Below, in pieces: positions 34,985 through 35,523 of a stretch of DNA of 35,523 nt; positions within the stretch are counted from its first letter, which is position 1, and each line of letters starts with the position of its first letter. Under the pieces are notes generated by a model. It was not told where the DNA came from, ran no database searches, and saw only the letters and a program-made list of their open reading frames with translations. Both the position numbers and the translations under genes were made by a program. The DNA is from Dimargaris cristalligena. Lineage: Eukaryota. Location of the stretch: the NCBI GenBank assembly GCA_003614675.1, contig ML002378.1:1-35523 (forward strand), given 5' to 3'.

Positions 34985-35523
34985 CTATCAATGAGGCATG
35001 GGAATTGGGCCTTGTTGAAGGATCAGTGTCCTTCAGCCATTCCTGCCACTCGATTCACATATTTCACATATCACCTTCATTATATACCCATCTATTATTA
35101 GTTATCATTTATATTACTATCTAGTGGCATCTTCTAGCATCTTCTATGCTGGTTCAATGCCTTTACCATTAATCTGCTCGGCTATATAAAGCTGTGCCAA
35201 TTCCTATAGTTATTCTTTAGTTAATTACCATTTATTCTATACCCCCTTTTATAGTTAACTCCATCTATTGGATATCCCCTGTTGCCCAGGTCAACCACTC
35301 TTAGTCTGTCAAGAGTCCTGAGAACAGGCTTCTAATGGTAAGTGGGGCTTAGACTTGACCAAGTGGGTTACTAGTGTTAGGATGGGGGCATAGTGCTAAC
35401 TAATAAAGGACAGATATAGGTAAATGCCAGGGATGTGCAGTAGGCACACTTACTAGTTAGCACAAGGGGGAATGAGCATATAGAGTTTATTGAGGTAAAC
35501 TGGGGGATATGAATAAGCTAAGG
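34985..35523. pseudogene. CpG-depleted decayed coding or repeat relic, family unidentified
   Basis: I counted only two CpG in about 540 bp, and TpA is abundant. A minus frame from 35203 reads ELAQLYIAEQINGKGIEPA*KMLEDATR**YK**LIIDGYIMKV. Confidence 0.35.

Overview
Eukaryotic, fungal-type genomic DNA with GT-AG spliceosomal introns and CTAAC/TACTAAC branch points. Protein style suggests an early-diverging fungus (Zoopagomycota/Mucoromycota, possibly Dimargaris-like); that assignment is inference only. The left half (1.4-18.1 kb) is a housekeeping block: a hidden 4-exon 82-aa Alb1/Ecm1-like gene, a TGL3-like patatin lipase lacking the catalytic Ser, a 2-exon mitochondrial-type DExD-box helicase, a GPI-anchored BIM1/X325-like protein lacking its N-terminal His, mitochondrial IleRS, and a 5-exon UBC6. 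The right half is gene-sparse. It holds a long-chain acyl-CoA synthetase and three orphan secreted proteins: one 624-aa protein with a signal peptide plus an F-box-like motif, and two small precursors with a Lys-Arg site. A 136-bp inverted-repeat element (GGG...CCC, apparent 4-bp TSD) occurs five times, all in the same orientation. Both window ends are CpG-depleted decayed DNA, and the left end retains Helitron Rep-like motifs. No rRNA, tRNA or CRISPR array was found. All gene models were spliced and translated by eye; no database searches were run.
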